Part shown: positions 1 to 15,018 of the stretch, piece after piece
Layout of the letters: every line of letters starts with the position of its first letter
Numbering within the stretch: the first letter of the stretch is position 1
From: Chrysomallon squamiferum
Taxonomy: Eukaryota > Animalia > Mollusca
NCBI GenBank assembly: GCA_012295275.1
Contig: CM022665.1
Location: 44,764,001-44,828,000, forward strand
Length of the DNA stretch: 64,000 nt
Direction of reading: 5' to 3'
Notes under the pieces: generated by a model
What the model was told of the DNA's origin: nothing
What the model saw: the letters and a program-made list of their open reading frames with translations, nothing else
Databases searched by the model: none
Position numbers and translations under genes: made by a program

Positions 1-328
<328 letters not shown>

Positions 329-1463
329 CTCTGTCACTAGGTATCTTATTATATTATTTTATTATTCTATCATCATAATATCATTTGCGGTGGCAACATC
401 ACGTTATTGTCTTTAGCTAGAGATAATTAACAATTCATCCACTCAGGTCAAAGGTCTTAAGATAAAATGATAATTAACCTTTTTCAACTCTCATCTGATT
501 AAATATTTATAAAGATCGGGATACAGAGCTGAATTTAATTCAACAAAATAAAGCGAAAATAAAAAAACATTAAATAAAAAGTATATATATATATATATAT
601 ACCTTAAAACAGTCAAACTTTTATAGCAAATCGTTAAATCGATGATAGTCTAAAGCAAAAACAAACAAAAAATGTTCATGTCACCTAAACTTATAACAAA
701 TGAACGTTAATGATTTATAACAATTTTTTTTTTAATTTTCTGACTCACACAGAATTGTGTCTGACAGGGTCAGGTTAATTTTTTTTTTTTTTTTATTCGT
801 TTCGATAAATGTCGCTAGTTGCTTTAACAGTTAAAATGGCCAAACGTTTTTCTACGTCTTGTTAAATAGTGATGGTATTACGTTAAGAAATAGTTTTGAA
901 AACGTTACATATGAGATGTTATTAAAAGCACTGAGAGAGAGAGAGAGAGAGAGAGAATGAGGGAGGGAAGAAGGGAGGGAGAGAGAGAGGGAGGGAGCGA
1001 GGGAGGGAGGGAGAGAGAGAGAGAAATAAAGAAAGAAAAAAGAGAGAGATAAAGAAAGAAAGAAGAAAGTGAAAGAGAGAAACACTACAACACTGTCACG
1101 TTGCTGTTGTCGTCGCTTTTTTTCTTTTGAAGTATCAGTTACTCTACTGCTTTTTCAAACAGTTCATACAATCATACATACATACATGCATACATACATA
1201 CATACATGTGTGAATAGATACATTACGTAAATACATATATACGTGCTCGCATATACAAATACATACATACCTATGTAAAGGTATGTGCAGATTTGTATAG
1301 AGTGTTTTTTTACAAATTTTTTTTTCTTCGAAGTTTCTATATTTAATTGTTAAGTGAACTAAGAGGCCTTTTAGGTACACTTAATGTCTGACATGATTTA
1401 AGACACATTAAACAAAAGGGTACAGTATATTAACCCTCTGTTTCATTTTCTGTAATCTAACAT

Positions 1464-1514
1464 ATGAAAATGCACAGACGCTTTGCAGAATGTATTTTTA
1501 CAAGAAGTACGCTG
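1464..1514 (+). CDS. Candidate first coding exon of the longest FLVCR isoform (MKMHRRFAECIFTRSTL)
   Basis: ATG at 1464, 17 open codons, CTG|GTAATG donor in phase 0, matching the phase-0 acceptor at 2896. No homology support. Confidence 0.35.
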
Positions 1515-1761
1515 GTAATGTCTGTATATATGATTATTACAGATTAAATAAAATAACAAGTCATTAACAACGTGTTTGAGGTCCAAAGTAAATCGAAAAA
1601 ATGATATTCACACTTTGACTTTAAAAGTCGTTATTGGTGACGAAATGCTTGATTTTAACTCTTTTTTTTAGCCATTTTTGTCAGTTTCAAAGCGTCAGAA
1701 ATATACCAGGTATTGAGAATTTTAATATAATGATCGATATTTTTTTTTTTTTTTAATATTT

Positions 1762-2023
1762 CCACAAAGGGACGTAACTACGTCATGTTGCGAATCTACA
1801 AGTCTATCCAGACCGCATCCATACTGCATAATACATACATACATACATATATACATACAAACACAGAAACATACATACATATATACAACACATATACCAT
1901 TAATACATTCATACGTACATACATTTACATACATATCTACATACATACATACATACATACATACATACATACATACGTATATACACATAGAAGCATGGAA
2001 ACAAACATATATTTGTATGTATG

Positions 2024-2054
<31 letters not shown>

Positions 2055-2147
2055 ATATGTATGTATGTATGTATGTATTATGTAGTATGTATGCGGTCTG
2101 GATAGACTTGTAGATTCGCAACACGACGTAGTTACGTCCCTTTGTGG
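1762..2147. mobile_element. Foldback/MITE-like element: ~65-70 bp complex inverted arms around an inverted (TACA)n/(TATG)n core
   Basis: ccacaaagggacgtaactacgtc(a/g)tgttgcgaatctacaagtctatccagaccgca at 1762 and its reverse complement ending at 2147, only ~3 mismatches. Confidence 0.75.
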
Positions 2148-2532
2148 CGCCTAACATGGAAATGCCACGGAAACAGTTTTTAACATTTCAGTAAAAAATA
2201 ATATACTAATTTAATAGCTGGACCACCTGTTAGTTCCATAAACCATGCAAGTTTAGATTGTATGATTCCATTTGTGTTTTTTTTCATTTGTACATGCATC
2301 ATGTTTCAGATAAATGCATCTGTTAACAATTGCATTCTTGAACTTTGAATATCTTCTGCTCTGATGTCGATATGTTTAAATGAGTTTATCTTTGTTAATT
2401 TACGAAGATAATACCTATTGTATTGCTTGTTATTTTATTTCCTTTTATAATTTTTTTTTTTAAATGTTTAATTTATTTATTATTTTGTTTGTTTCTCTTT
2501 TAAAAAATACATAGGTCTCCTATTTGAAAATA

Positions 2533-2614
<82 letters not shown>

Positions 2615-2807
2615 ATCTCTATCTCTCTATCTCTCTCTCTATTTCTATCTCTCTGTGTATGTGTGTGTGTCTCAGTTTCTGCTTATCTCTTTCTCTGTCT
2701 TTCTTTCCATCTGTCTCACTCTTTCCGTATAACTATGTGCGTGCACATTTTAAAGTAACAAATAACAAAGCTTTTTCTTCCTTTTTCTTTTTTTCGTTCC
2801 TAAGACA

Positions 2808-2888
<81 letters not shown>

Positions 2889-2895
2889 TTAACAG

Positions 2896-3200
2896 ACCTC
2901 TTCAAACGGACACACTCAACATTCAGAAGATTTCCCAGACACAACGAGCAGTGAGGAAAACTGTCCTGACAGCCAAAGAGATCCAAATCCGGACAATGCT
3001 GACCAACACAGAAACACTGCAGCCAGTAGCTTACGGCCACAGGTCAATGGGAAGCAGGACTCGACCATTCCAGACCAGCCTCCGGCCACTGACCAAGTGC
3101 CAAATGATTTGAACGCAGCTGACCATGTCTTGACCATCCCTGTGTCCGAAATCGTGAAAGGTAGTGAAGTTAATGATGAAAAGCTGGAACCATCAGCTAC

Positions 3201-3202
<2 letters not shown>
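2896..3202 (+). CDS. FLVCR1/2: Alternative upstream FLVCR exon encoding ~102 aa acidic/polar N-terminal extension ([13 protein letters not shown]...EKLEPSAT)
   Basis: Complex, stop-free 307-nt island between microsatellites. ttttaacAG acceptor and ACAG|GTATAT phase-1 donor, which joins the 15218 acceptor in frame (G+GA = Gly). Confidence 0.72.
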
Positions 3203-3254
<52 letters not shown>

Positions 3255-3263
3255 GTATGTATA

Positions 3264-3322
<59 letters not shown>

Positions 3323-3800
3323 TATACATATGTAATAAAATCCATATCATCTATATATATATATATATATGTGTATCTATCTATATCTATATCTATCTAT
3401 CTATTTATGTGTATATATACATATATTACATATGTATGTATTTATGTATGTATATATATATTTTTTATTTTGAGATGAGGATTAGAATCGATTGTGTAAT
3501 CGATAGTAAATGTAATGTGCGTAATGTTGAATCTGTTGTTAAATACATACTTAATAAAATCCACTGGATATAACATACGTTGATATCATTTTGTAAAAAC
3601 GTGTCTATCTGTGTGTATTATCTTACTGTTGTTTCTGTAGGTGCATGTGTGTGTATATATATGTGTGTGTGTGTGTTATATGTATATGTATGTATGTACT
3701 TACGTATGTATGTATATGTGTATAACAGACACACATATGCATATAAGTATGTATGATTGTGTATATGTATGTATTTTTGTGTATGTGTGTGTGTGTATGT

Positions 3801-3836
<36 letters not shown>

Positions 3837-4214
3837 ATAACACACATAAAAGTGTTAATGATCCACATGACTGAAGTAATTGCCTCCCCCACTCAGTAAA
3901 ATCATCGTGTATTGATGCGTAATTTTATATCATTTTCATTGTAATTGATGGCGCGATTCTCGTAAAACAGTTAAATGATATAAAATGATTAAATTAATAG
4001 AATGTGAAATAAAATAAAATAAAATAAATGTTAGTGATAAATAAAACGAAATAAAGTAAAATGAATAATAAAATAGATAAAATGAATGTGTAAGTAAATA
4101 AATAATTTTTTTTAATATCGAATTAATAGTAAAATATATAAAAAAATAAATGAAATAAAAGGAAAGGAAAAGAAATGAAATAAAATAAAATAAAATAAAA
4201 TAAAATAAAATAAG

Positions 4215-4249
<35 letters not shown>

Positions 4250-4427
4250 GAACGAAAATCTTAGTCACAGCGTTTAGCTGAAATTGTGTTCACGCCGTCT
4301 TAAAAACAATTTAATGATGAGTTAGTTGATACTCAGCAACTGGAAATAAACGAATTATTCTGAACCCTCCCCTACAGCTAAGTCGATCGATTTCAAATCC
4401 TTGTCATTGCGAGTACGTGTTAACCAT

Positions 4428-4718
4428 CTGCAAAACAGGAAATTTTACGTTTCATACGAAACTCGTATAATACATCTTGCATGTTCGACGATAAACTGCA
4501 AAACAGGAAATTTTACGTTTCATACGAAACTCGTATAATACATCTTGCATGTTCGACGATAAACTGCAAAACAGGAAATTTTACGTTTCATACGAAACTC
4601 GTATAATACATCTTGCATGTTCGACGATAAACTGCAAAACAGGAAATTTTACGTTTCATACGAAACTCGTATAATAACATCTTGCATGTTCGACGATAAA
4701 CTGCAAAACAGGAAATTT
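4428..4718. repeat. 68-bp tandem repeat, ~4.3 near-identical copies
   Basis: ctgcaaaacaggaaattttacgtttcatacgaaactcgtataatacatcttgcatgttcgacgataaa starts at 4428, 4496, 4564, 4632, 4701. Confidence 0.95.
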
Positions 4719-5248
4719 CTTATTTGCAAACTGTCGACTGAGAAGTACGCAATAATAACGTGACAGAAAGATTTTAATGATTAGTTTTATTTATATTCCA
4801 GCTGTTGCTTATGTATGTCATTTCCTTTCTGTGATTCGTTAGTGTTAGAGAGTATATTTCACTGTCAAAATTGTAGAGCACCATCATCATCATCAACAGC
4901 ATCATCATCAGCATCATCATTATTATCTCGACAACGCTAGTACGAGATAAACTCACAACTTAAAAATAAAGCGTACATATATTTTTTAAATTTATTATTC
5001 TGTTATAACACTTCATTATTAGTTAAGACCGGGGCGGCGAAAAATAATCATAATTTGAAAGTATTTAGACTGTTTGTACACACACAGAGAGACAAATAAA
5101 CATACATACACACATATATACATACTCACATACATTCATACACATTATATAATACACATATCTACACACGTATACATACGAAGATAATACGTACGTAAGT
5201 AGCAAATACGTTGCGATTTTACTGTACGACATGCAAATTCGCGTTATA

Positions 5249-5317
5249 ACCAATTATTCAGCGAGATAAAAAGAAAAACAGCGTAATTCATTTCAACTCG
5301 ATGACGTAACATATAAA
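5249..5317 (+). promoter_or_regulatory. Putative promoter for the 5365 exon: CCAAT (~5250), TGACGTAA (5302-5309), TATAAA (5312-5317)
   Basis: Motifs seen directly about 50-115 bp upstream of the ATG; function inferred. Confidence 0.3.
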
Positions 5318-5364
5318 CTGAGAAATAATTTATTTTTTACACAACAGATATTTATTTCACTGTC

Positions 5365-5452
5365 ATGGCAGATGCTTTGGCTCTGTTTGTTAAATTCAGC
5401 AGGCACAGGTCACCGCCGACGAAGTATAAAACATTTCGCAAGAACCTTGCAG
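5365..5452 (+). CDS. FLVCR1/2: Candidate alternative first exon of FLVCR (MADALALFVKFSRHRSPPTKYKTFRKNLA-G)
   Basis: gtcATGG Kozak context, 88 nt (29 codons+1), CAG|GTAATT phase-1 donor in frame with 15218. Confidence 0.55.
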
Positions 5453-6826
5453 GTAATTCATAATTTTGTTACGTAAGCGAGAAAGACATAATGACGTAAT
5501 AGAACTGATTTTGCAAAGAACGCTTCCTCTCGCTGCACCCCCCTACCCTTCCCCAAACATTGTAATTGATTATATCAGGGGAAATTCATTAGGCTTAATA
5601 ACCAGATTTATTTCGGGCATTATCTTAGGAGTGTTCTAGGATCGGTAGTTTTCTAAATATAAATCAGCTAGAGCGTTTTCATGGGAGGAGTGTACAAAAC
5701 AAAAACAACAACAACAACAACATACGTTTTATTCATAAAAATAATTAGTCCACGATAGCATAATTAATTCTAGCATGAATCCAGAATTAAATCTACCTTG
5801 GAAATTTTATTTTTGCATATCGTAAGCGTCTCGACTGTGTGTCCGTATGTCTGTACATATGTATATGTATATGTATCTGTGTGTGTGTGTATATATATAT
5901 ATTTATATGTATAAACACACACACAAACGCAAACACATACAGGTATATGTACACACACATTTTTTAATTTTGAACATCGGAATAAAGGGTGCTAACTCTT
6001 TTGACTTTAATATTCAAATCAGATGATTTAATGAATTTAATTCGACAATGAGGACAACGTGCAACAACAACAACAACAACAACAACAATTTATGACAGTG
6101 AGAAAGAAAAAACAGCAATATTAGCAACAACAATAATAATTATCAAAATTATATTTTATCATAAATAATTAAAATATTTAAAAATTTATAAAAACAAACA
6201 AATAAGAAAAAACATTCATCATTAAAGATCGATATATATTTGCACGCGTGTGTGTGTATATGTGCGTGCGTACATCTGTGCGTTTATGTTTATGTGAATA
6301 TGCTAGTTTCATATATGTGTGTGTGCATGTATATGTATTCTTGTGCGTATGTGTGTTTATATGTTTGTGTATGAATGCGTATGCATGTTTCGTATATATA
6401 TGCATGTGTGTGTTTATGTGTGCACGTGAGTGCATACGCAAACGCTCCAACCACACAGCGATATAAAGCAGTGTCTATCCCACTCCACTGTAGCGAGTTT
6501 GTAAAAGAATCTCTCTAGTAGTCAGAGTTTTATTTTTATATAGATCCGAGTAAAACGGCTTGCACTCGGCATTTCACAATTAACCGAGTTTTTTTTTGTC
6601 TAGCGATATGACGTTTTCATCAGCAGACGAATCTTCTGCTTCCGCCGTTATTAGGTACTCCCCCCACCAACGCGATCAGTTCTTTTAATCTTCTTTTTTT
6701 ATTATTTTTGTTCCTCTTCGCCGTTACCGAATGAATGGCCCATCTTTCTTTTCTACCCAATGGTTACTTAACAAAAGCGGAACGCCTGAACGTGTTAAAC
6801 AGATCAATACTCGGAAGCCATATTGG

Positions 6827-6860
<34 letters not shown>

Positions 6861-7102
6861 TCAGGTCACACACACACAGAGAGAGAAACGAGAGAAGCGC
6901 CGGGGAAGACGAAGAAGAAAAAAAAAACGGTTTCCAGATGAATTGTAGCGTGCTTGTAGGTACGACAGCTCTGACTGCGGCTACGTCATATCGACGTTGT
7001 TGAAGGATGTGCACGACGCTTCGTTCGCCCTAGCGACTGCGTTAACAAACAGTTTCGTTCACGGTCGGTGGATCTCTTATCAGGAAAGCCTCGCTTGCCG
7101 CT

Positions 7103-7106
7103 ATGG
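7103..7106 (+). CDS. FLVCR1/2: Candidate alternative first exon with only ATG-G coding (5'UTR within CpG-rich ~6880-7102)
   Basis: gccgctATGG|GTATGT: strong Kozak, strong donor, phase 1, in-frame TAA upstream at 7043. Splicing to 15218 gives MGQSSGRPKN... Confidence 0.6.
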
Positions 7107-7285
7107 GTATGTAATATTACACGTATATCTATGTGTATATGTATATATATAATATCGGTTTTGTGAAATAGTGGTTGTGTGGTAGAGAAATAAATGGGGG
7201 AAATTACACACTCACACAGACAAACGCGTTGAGCAATGGTTCGTGTACATGTACAAACGGGGATTCGTAAACGTGAAGTAAAATG

Positions 7286-7366
<81 letters not shown>

Positions 7367-7415
7367 TTTATTTCGTACAAAACACATGTTGTTGACAATC
7401 AATGACGCAATATAT

Positions 7416-7469
<54 letters not shown>

Positions 7470-7627
7470 CATTATACATACATGTTTAGGACTTGTAGGG
7501 GAAAATTAAAGGTAGAGAAATTTACGGTTAAATAAATTGCAGACACACATATATCTATATATCTGTCTGTCTGTCTGTCTATTTATTTCATCTATCTATC
7601 TATCTATCTCTATCTATCCATCCATCC

Positions 7628-7695
<68 letters not shown>

Positions 7696-7717
7696 GTCTA
7701 TCTGTCTATCTATTTAT

Positions 7718-7817
<100 letters not shown>

Positions 7818-8101
7818 GTATGTATGTATATTTGGTGCCCGAACACTAAAGCAAATCATGTATAGGAAATAATACATGAAACAAAATGCGTAATTAAAAT
7901 CAAAGTAGTGAGAGAATTGTTTATTTTTTATTTTTTTGTACAACTCGTGCCAGTTGGAGACAGATCCGTTTACTACAGTGAAAATAAATCGATAACTGGA
8001 TCTTATTTTTATTTTTATTTTTATTTTTTTTTTTTTTTCTCTCTGAAAGTTGAAGCTAAATTATAGTCGAGGGAATTTCTATCTGTTTAATGAAAGTTGA
8101 T

Positions 8102-8230
<129 letters not shown>

Positions 8231-8872
8231 TAAAGATAGAGAAATAGAGACTGAAAGAAAGAAGAGAAACAAAGAAAGGAAAAAAAAAAACAGAGTGAAA
8301 AAGAGAAGAAAGACAGAACGTTCTTCTTCTTGTTTTTTTTTCCGATAATCTAAATTTTATTTTATTATCATCGTCATAGTCACCATCTACATCATCAGAA
8401 TGACCATCATGATTAAAGAAATGGTCAAATATGTCTTTTGGTGGGGTGGGGTGGTGGACAAGCTTTATCACATGGCCAGAAATATTTGCCCCAGAGAGCA
8501 ATGAACCGTGACTGACTGTGAGGATTAGCCTCACATTTGCATGACTACGCTGTCTTGTTTATGCTGACATGCTTGGCTACACTAGGAGAATACTTTAATA
8601 TTGTGTAGAGTTTGAATACGTTCCACTAAGATGTTCACATACGATAGAAGGTTTTTTTTTTTTTTTTTTTTTTTTTTGAATTAAAGTTTCTTAGAGGGGA
8701 AAAAAATATATATAATAATGATGCTACTGTTTAAAATGTAAATTATGAAGAGTATATGCTGCATAACCAGCTGTCTATGGCAGTTATATACATATGTATA
8801 TATGTATATATATTTAATATACTATTTCATTTATATATTTATATATTTTTTTGTTTCGGTTTTATTTATACG

Positions 8873-8920
<48 letters not shown>

Positions 8921-8921
8921 A

Positions 8922-8952
<31 letters not shown>

Positions 8953-9143
8953 CTGTAAAGAGTATATCTGTAATTTAGAATGGGTTAATATTAGAAAACG
9001 TCAAGGCAGTAACTAATTGAATATTTTGTAATTGTTTCATTTCTGTCTATCTCTCTGCGTATCTGCCTGTACATGCACAAATACACGTGCACAGACACAA
9101 ACGTGTGTGGGTATTTCGACATAATGTATATGTATTTGTTTGT

Positions 9144-9183
<40 letters not shown>

Positions 9184-9963
9184 ATGTAATGTTTATCCAT
9201 CCATCTGGCAATATTTTCTCAATCCATCCATCCATCCATCCATCCATCCATCCATCCATCCATGCAAGCATGCACCTGTCAATTGTTTTATTCACTTGTT
9301 TCATCTTTCTGTTGTTACCAAACTACAGTGACGTACCGATTCTGACGTCACAAAAGTGGACGATTAAAAAATGTTACATGTTACACAATTTTAAAGTGTC
9401 TATTTATGTAAAACCTTTGTTTGAATAGGTATTTAATACAAAAATGGTGCAACAGATGTACTTTGTTTCTTCTCGTTCATTGGGTCTTGTAAAGGCATTT
9501 GATCTCGGTTCTGCAGTTTATTTCATAAAGGCGCGTTCACACCATACGTCTCGCAGAAGCCACAGATACTGGAATAGGTTTAAGGTTTAGTGGATTGGTT
9601 TGTCGCGTGTTATCGGTTGGTGAGAGTTCGCCTTTAGTAGTCGTACACTTGTAAGTCGATGCAAACTGCCGCCGCAATGTTACACTCTTTTCCGCAATCC
9701 GCCATCCGGTATCCGGTATCCGGAAAAAGTCGATTTTATTTTTGACATAAGTGACCATTATTAATTTTTAATTTCTTTATTAATTTTTAATTTCATTTCA
9801 TTTTTTTTCTTTCGTTTTTTTTTCTTTCTGTCTTTCTTTCGTATTGTTGCTGTTGTGGTCGTTGTGTCAGTATTTTATTTCTGCTGCTGTTTTATTCTTA
9901 AGTTTTAATTAAAACGTATTTTTTTCATTGTTTTATTTTCTTGTTTTTTATTTTTTTTATTTT

Positions 9964-10009
<46 letters not shown>

Positions 10010-10321
10010 CTACTAACATTATTACTGCTATTACCTCTACTACTAATACTATTATTACTACTTGTACTACTACAACAACAACAACAAGTACTATTACTGC
10101 TACTACTACTACTACTAATAATAATCATCATCATTTTCAAAATCATATAAATTATTTTTTTTGTATTCCTTATACGTCAGATATTAAACTAGATATCGAT
10201 AATGCTTGCTCACATTTATTACACAGACAGCCGAAATTCGAAAATGATTTGCAACGAACGTCAAAATATATATATATATATATATATATAAAATCTGAAA
10301 AACATCATTGATACGTATTAC

Positions 10322-10364
<43 letters not shown>

Positions 10365-10832
10365 TTAAAATTTATTACTCTTAAAAATTAATTTATAATT
10401 ATTTTCGATGTCGTCGTGGCTGTTGTTGTTATTACTACTGTTATTGCACAGACTGGCGAAATTCTTAAAATGATTTGCAATTGAACGTCAAACAGAGACG
10501 TGATTCAGACACCTTTCTGATTCAACTGCGTGTACATCTGGCGTTTTCGCGTGGAAATATTGAAATTAATACTTAAAACAACAACAACAACAACAACACA
10601 AAACAAGCTGTTTCGATTTACGTGTCATGCGTTTGTCAAGTTGGCCACGTCACATTTTATTCGACTTCGATAAGGTTTTAGGATTAAAAACAGTCAAGGT
10701 TGTTTGGTTTGATAAATCAATTATTCAAAGACTGGATAACGACATTTCACTAGCAGTTGTTTTTGTTTTTGTATGTATATATATATATGTAAAGGATCTG
10801 AAAAACATCATAAATTATACGTCAAATCGATG

Positions 10833-10879
<47 letters not shown>

Positions 10880-12257
10880 GTGATTGTTGTTGTTTATGAA
10901 AGGATATAGATATATTATAATATTAATATATTTGGTAACGTTTTACACGAGAATAATATAATTAAACAAACACACACACACAGACACAAACATACACACA
11001 CATACACACACAGACATTCATACATAATATAACGTTTAAGTAGTCTTAGACTTCAAAGGTCTTTCGTAATCGTTGTGTTAACAAAACCAAAATAATTTAA
11101 TTTTGTTACCCAGCACAGAATATCGTCTCTTTTACAGAATTAACAAAAAAGAAGGCCAAACAAAACTATTTCATTGTTTTTCCCAACGGACGAACATTTA
11201 CAGTTTGGTCGAAAAAAAAAAAAAAAAAAAAAAAAAAGAAACATTAAGAAGTCTTCTACCAAATACATTTTTGAAATTATTACACGTACCGAGGCGGTAA
11301 TGTAACAACAACAAAAAAAATAATAAAAATAAAAAGTGGCGTCGTTGTTGCTGGTGTCAGACATTTTTTTTCTCTCAGAAACTGTTGAATTCACTGTCAT
11401 CTACATAAGCCAAAGATCCCACATTTTGATAGCTGTCTCAGCAGTGGTGTTCTTACATAATGTATCAAAATTTTTAAATATCTTTTATGACTGAGCTGCA
11501 CAGCACTTTCCATTGAAAGTAACCCAAACAACACACAACGACGTCTGCAAACGCCCTCGTACACAACGTGCCACTTACGTCTTTCAAAAAGGTTTATAAT
11601 TGTGAACATAAAGATGCGATTTTTTTCTTCTAATTTTCTGCTCTTTGAGTTTGCATGATGTGGTAAAAATTCTTAATAAAAGAGCTTTATCTCTTTATTG
11701 AGTGCATTTCAATACGTTTGTGTATGTGTGTATATGTGAATGGGTATTTAAATTTGTGTATGGTATGTGTTTGCGGATGTGCATGTAGTTATGTTTATAT
11801 ATGTATATCTATGAGTACATGAGTGTACGTATACGTATATGTATGCATGTATTAATGTCTATATCTATGTAGTTTAGGATTTTCAGTATTCTCTGTCATA
11901 TGTACGACTGATTAGACTGCACATAGACAATATTCGGTATGTACGTATGTATGTATGTATGTATGTATCTATGTATGTATGTATGTATGATATATGTATG
12001 TATATATGTATGTATGATATATGTATGTATGTATGTATGTATGTACGTATGTGTGTATGTATGTATGTATGATATATGTATGTATATATGTATGTATGTA
12101 TGTATGTATGATATATGTATGTATGTATGTACGTATGTGTGTATGTATGTATGTATGTACGTATGTATGTATGTATGTTTGTATATATGTATGTATGTAT
12201 GTATAAAATATATGTTTTATATGTGTATATATATGTTTAAATATGTATGTGTGTGTG

Positions 12258-12306
<49 letters not shown>

Positions 12307-12400
12307 GTGTGTGTGTTTATGTATGTCTGTAAGTATATATGTTTGTATGCACATACGTATGTATATATGTCTATATGAATTCATCTACATGTATTTAGGC

Positions 12401-12431
<31 letters not shown>

Positions 12432-12942
12432 TACTCGAGAACAAAAACAATTCACGCTCATAACAAACAAAACGTGTTAACAAAAAAACCTAGCACAATG
12501 AACGAATGTACACACACACATATATATATCTATTTCAAAAAATATATCTCTAAAATACATCTAGATGTGATTACATAGCGTTACCTGAACGCACGAGAGA
12601 ACACAGGCACGCAATTACGTCATTCGACTGTTACCTGAGAGCGCGTTGCCTGGAACGTAACTTTTACGATTATTTCATCATAATTTTTCGCCATTGTTTC
12701 GTGAAGTGAAATAAAAGGGATTCCTTTGCAGTAAGAATGTATAAATAGCTGCTGGCATGTGTGACGAAAAGTATTTCACGCGGTCAAATGAGCACAGACT
12801 AATGTGAATGTACTTGTCCAGGTTTTTTTTTTTTTTTAACCGACTTCGCACGCCAAGATATGCTAGAATTAATCCGCTTTGAGATAATTATTTCTAGCTT
12901 TTTTTGTCTTCATTATTATTATTATTATTAATGTTGTTATTG

Positions 12943-12986
<44 letters not shown>

Positions 12987-14014
12987 GTTGTTGTCATTAT
13001 TATTATTGTTGTTGTTGTTATTATTATTATAATAATTACCTAATTATTATTATTATTTTTATTATTATGTTGCTGTTATTGTTGCTTCACCTAAATTTAC
13101 TCTGCTATTACTACTACAACTTCTATTACTGTTACTACTGCTATTACTACTACCACAACTACGTCTATTACTGCTATGCTATTACTGGTACAACTACATC
13201 TACTACTGTTACGTCTTTTACTATTTCTATTGCTACTACTTACATTAACTACCATTAACACTACTACTACTACTACCACTACTACTATTACTACTATTTC
13301 TACTACTACTACTATTACTACTACTAGTACTACTACAACTAATATTATTGCTCATTCTACTCAAATTTCTTTTGTTACTACAATTACAATTACTACTGTT
13401 CTCTCCCTTCCTACTACTACTACTACTACAAGTTAAAGAAATAAACTTCACAATTTAAATAAGCTCAAATATCTTATTGTCGTACTTTATCATCAGCAAA
13501 GATTGGTCACCATGAAGGGCACAAATTGTATAACATGTTTTTGTTACGACCGCTGAAAGTCGAAATAACCAGAACGGTTTATACAAAACGCGTAGTGTGA
13601 ACTCGGCTTTACTTTCCTCGCTGACTGAAATCGATGTCGATACTTCGGATAACGCTCTGTGGAGGGAGGCCGGGTTAAATGCACGGCATGTGAATCGATG
13701 AATAAAATAGATTTTCAAAACAGGAGCCGAGTTCCGAGTTCAGCTAAGTGCACAGTATAAATAATAATGATACATGTTTATGAATAAGCCAAATGGAATA
13801 AAATAATATCCTTGAATTTCTGCACAGCCTATTACAATTTATTTCCTGGGATTTTTTTTTTTTTTTTTAAAGCTTGATCATCATCATCATCATCAATATC
13901 ATCATCAATATCACCATCATCATCATCATCATCATCGATAGAAAAGGTTTCTGTCTGTGTTTTTCAACATCTCATGCAAAATTTCCTTTTCTTCATTGCT
14001 GTCTTCAACATCCA

Positions 14015-14045
<31 letters not shown>

Positions 14046-14941
14046 AGCTACAGCATCGTCATCAAGATAATTTCATTATCATTTCGTTATCATTTCATTA
14101 TCATCACCTTATCCTCCTCCTCCAACATGATCATCATAATCATTATAACCATCATTAGTAATACTCGAAACGATCTCCATTACAACGTTGTCGTTGACGT
14201 CGTCACTAACAATATGACCAACACCACTGATTCTTCATTTTTTTTATTATTTTTTTTTTATATCCTCCACTTTATAAATGATTAGACACCGGGCAGTATT
14301 TCCACTGTATTAACTACGGAATGTGCAGCAGCATTTCTGCGTCAGAACTTAACTGTTAGTGTAAACGTACCAAGTTTACTGAGTATAATAGTGTACGTAC
14401 ACACCAACCACATATATGCATAATACTGCCACACGTTAGACATTTCGTTTCAACACTTGTCATAACACGTTGTAACCTTGCACTCCTTGTTTCAATACGC
14501 TACATTAGTCGTGTGAAAAATGTAAAATTAAAAACTCCGCGTGTGTGTGTGTGTGTGTGAATAATATATGCGTGTGAATCTGTGTGTGTGTGTATATATG
14601 TGTGTGTGTGTGTGTTTTTGGGTGTGGGTGTGTTCTGTCTATTTATCTATCTATATGTATATATGTATGCATGTATATGTGTGTATGTATGTATGTCTGT
14701 CTATGTCTGTGTCTATCAGTGAATTGGTAATTATGTAAAAAACAAAATTTTTGTTTTTAATAAACGTCTATGTTTAAATGGATTTCCCCAACCAAAAGTT
14801 TAATTCATCCATTTTTCACATATTCTTAGGCTAAAATCTTTGTTGATTTAAATTACTCTTTCTTTTTTTCTCTCTCTCTCTTTCTTTTTTTAAATATTAA
14901 TTATTCAATTTGTTATTATTATTATTATTACTATTATGATT

Positions 14942-14976
<35 letters not shown>

Positions 14977-14981
14977 TATTA

Positions 14982-15018
<37 letters not shown>

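Noticed and set aside
4428-4718. CRISPR-like appearance of regular arrays (also 18.9, 28.8 and 59 kb)
   Set aside because: Head-to-tail units without unique spacers, no cas genes, eukaryotic intronic context.
9537-9758. 73-aa - strand ORF in a GC-richer island
   Set aside because: No recognisable motif or splice partners; more likely regulatory or repeat-derived.
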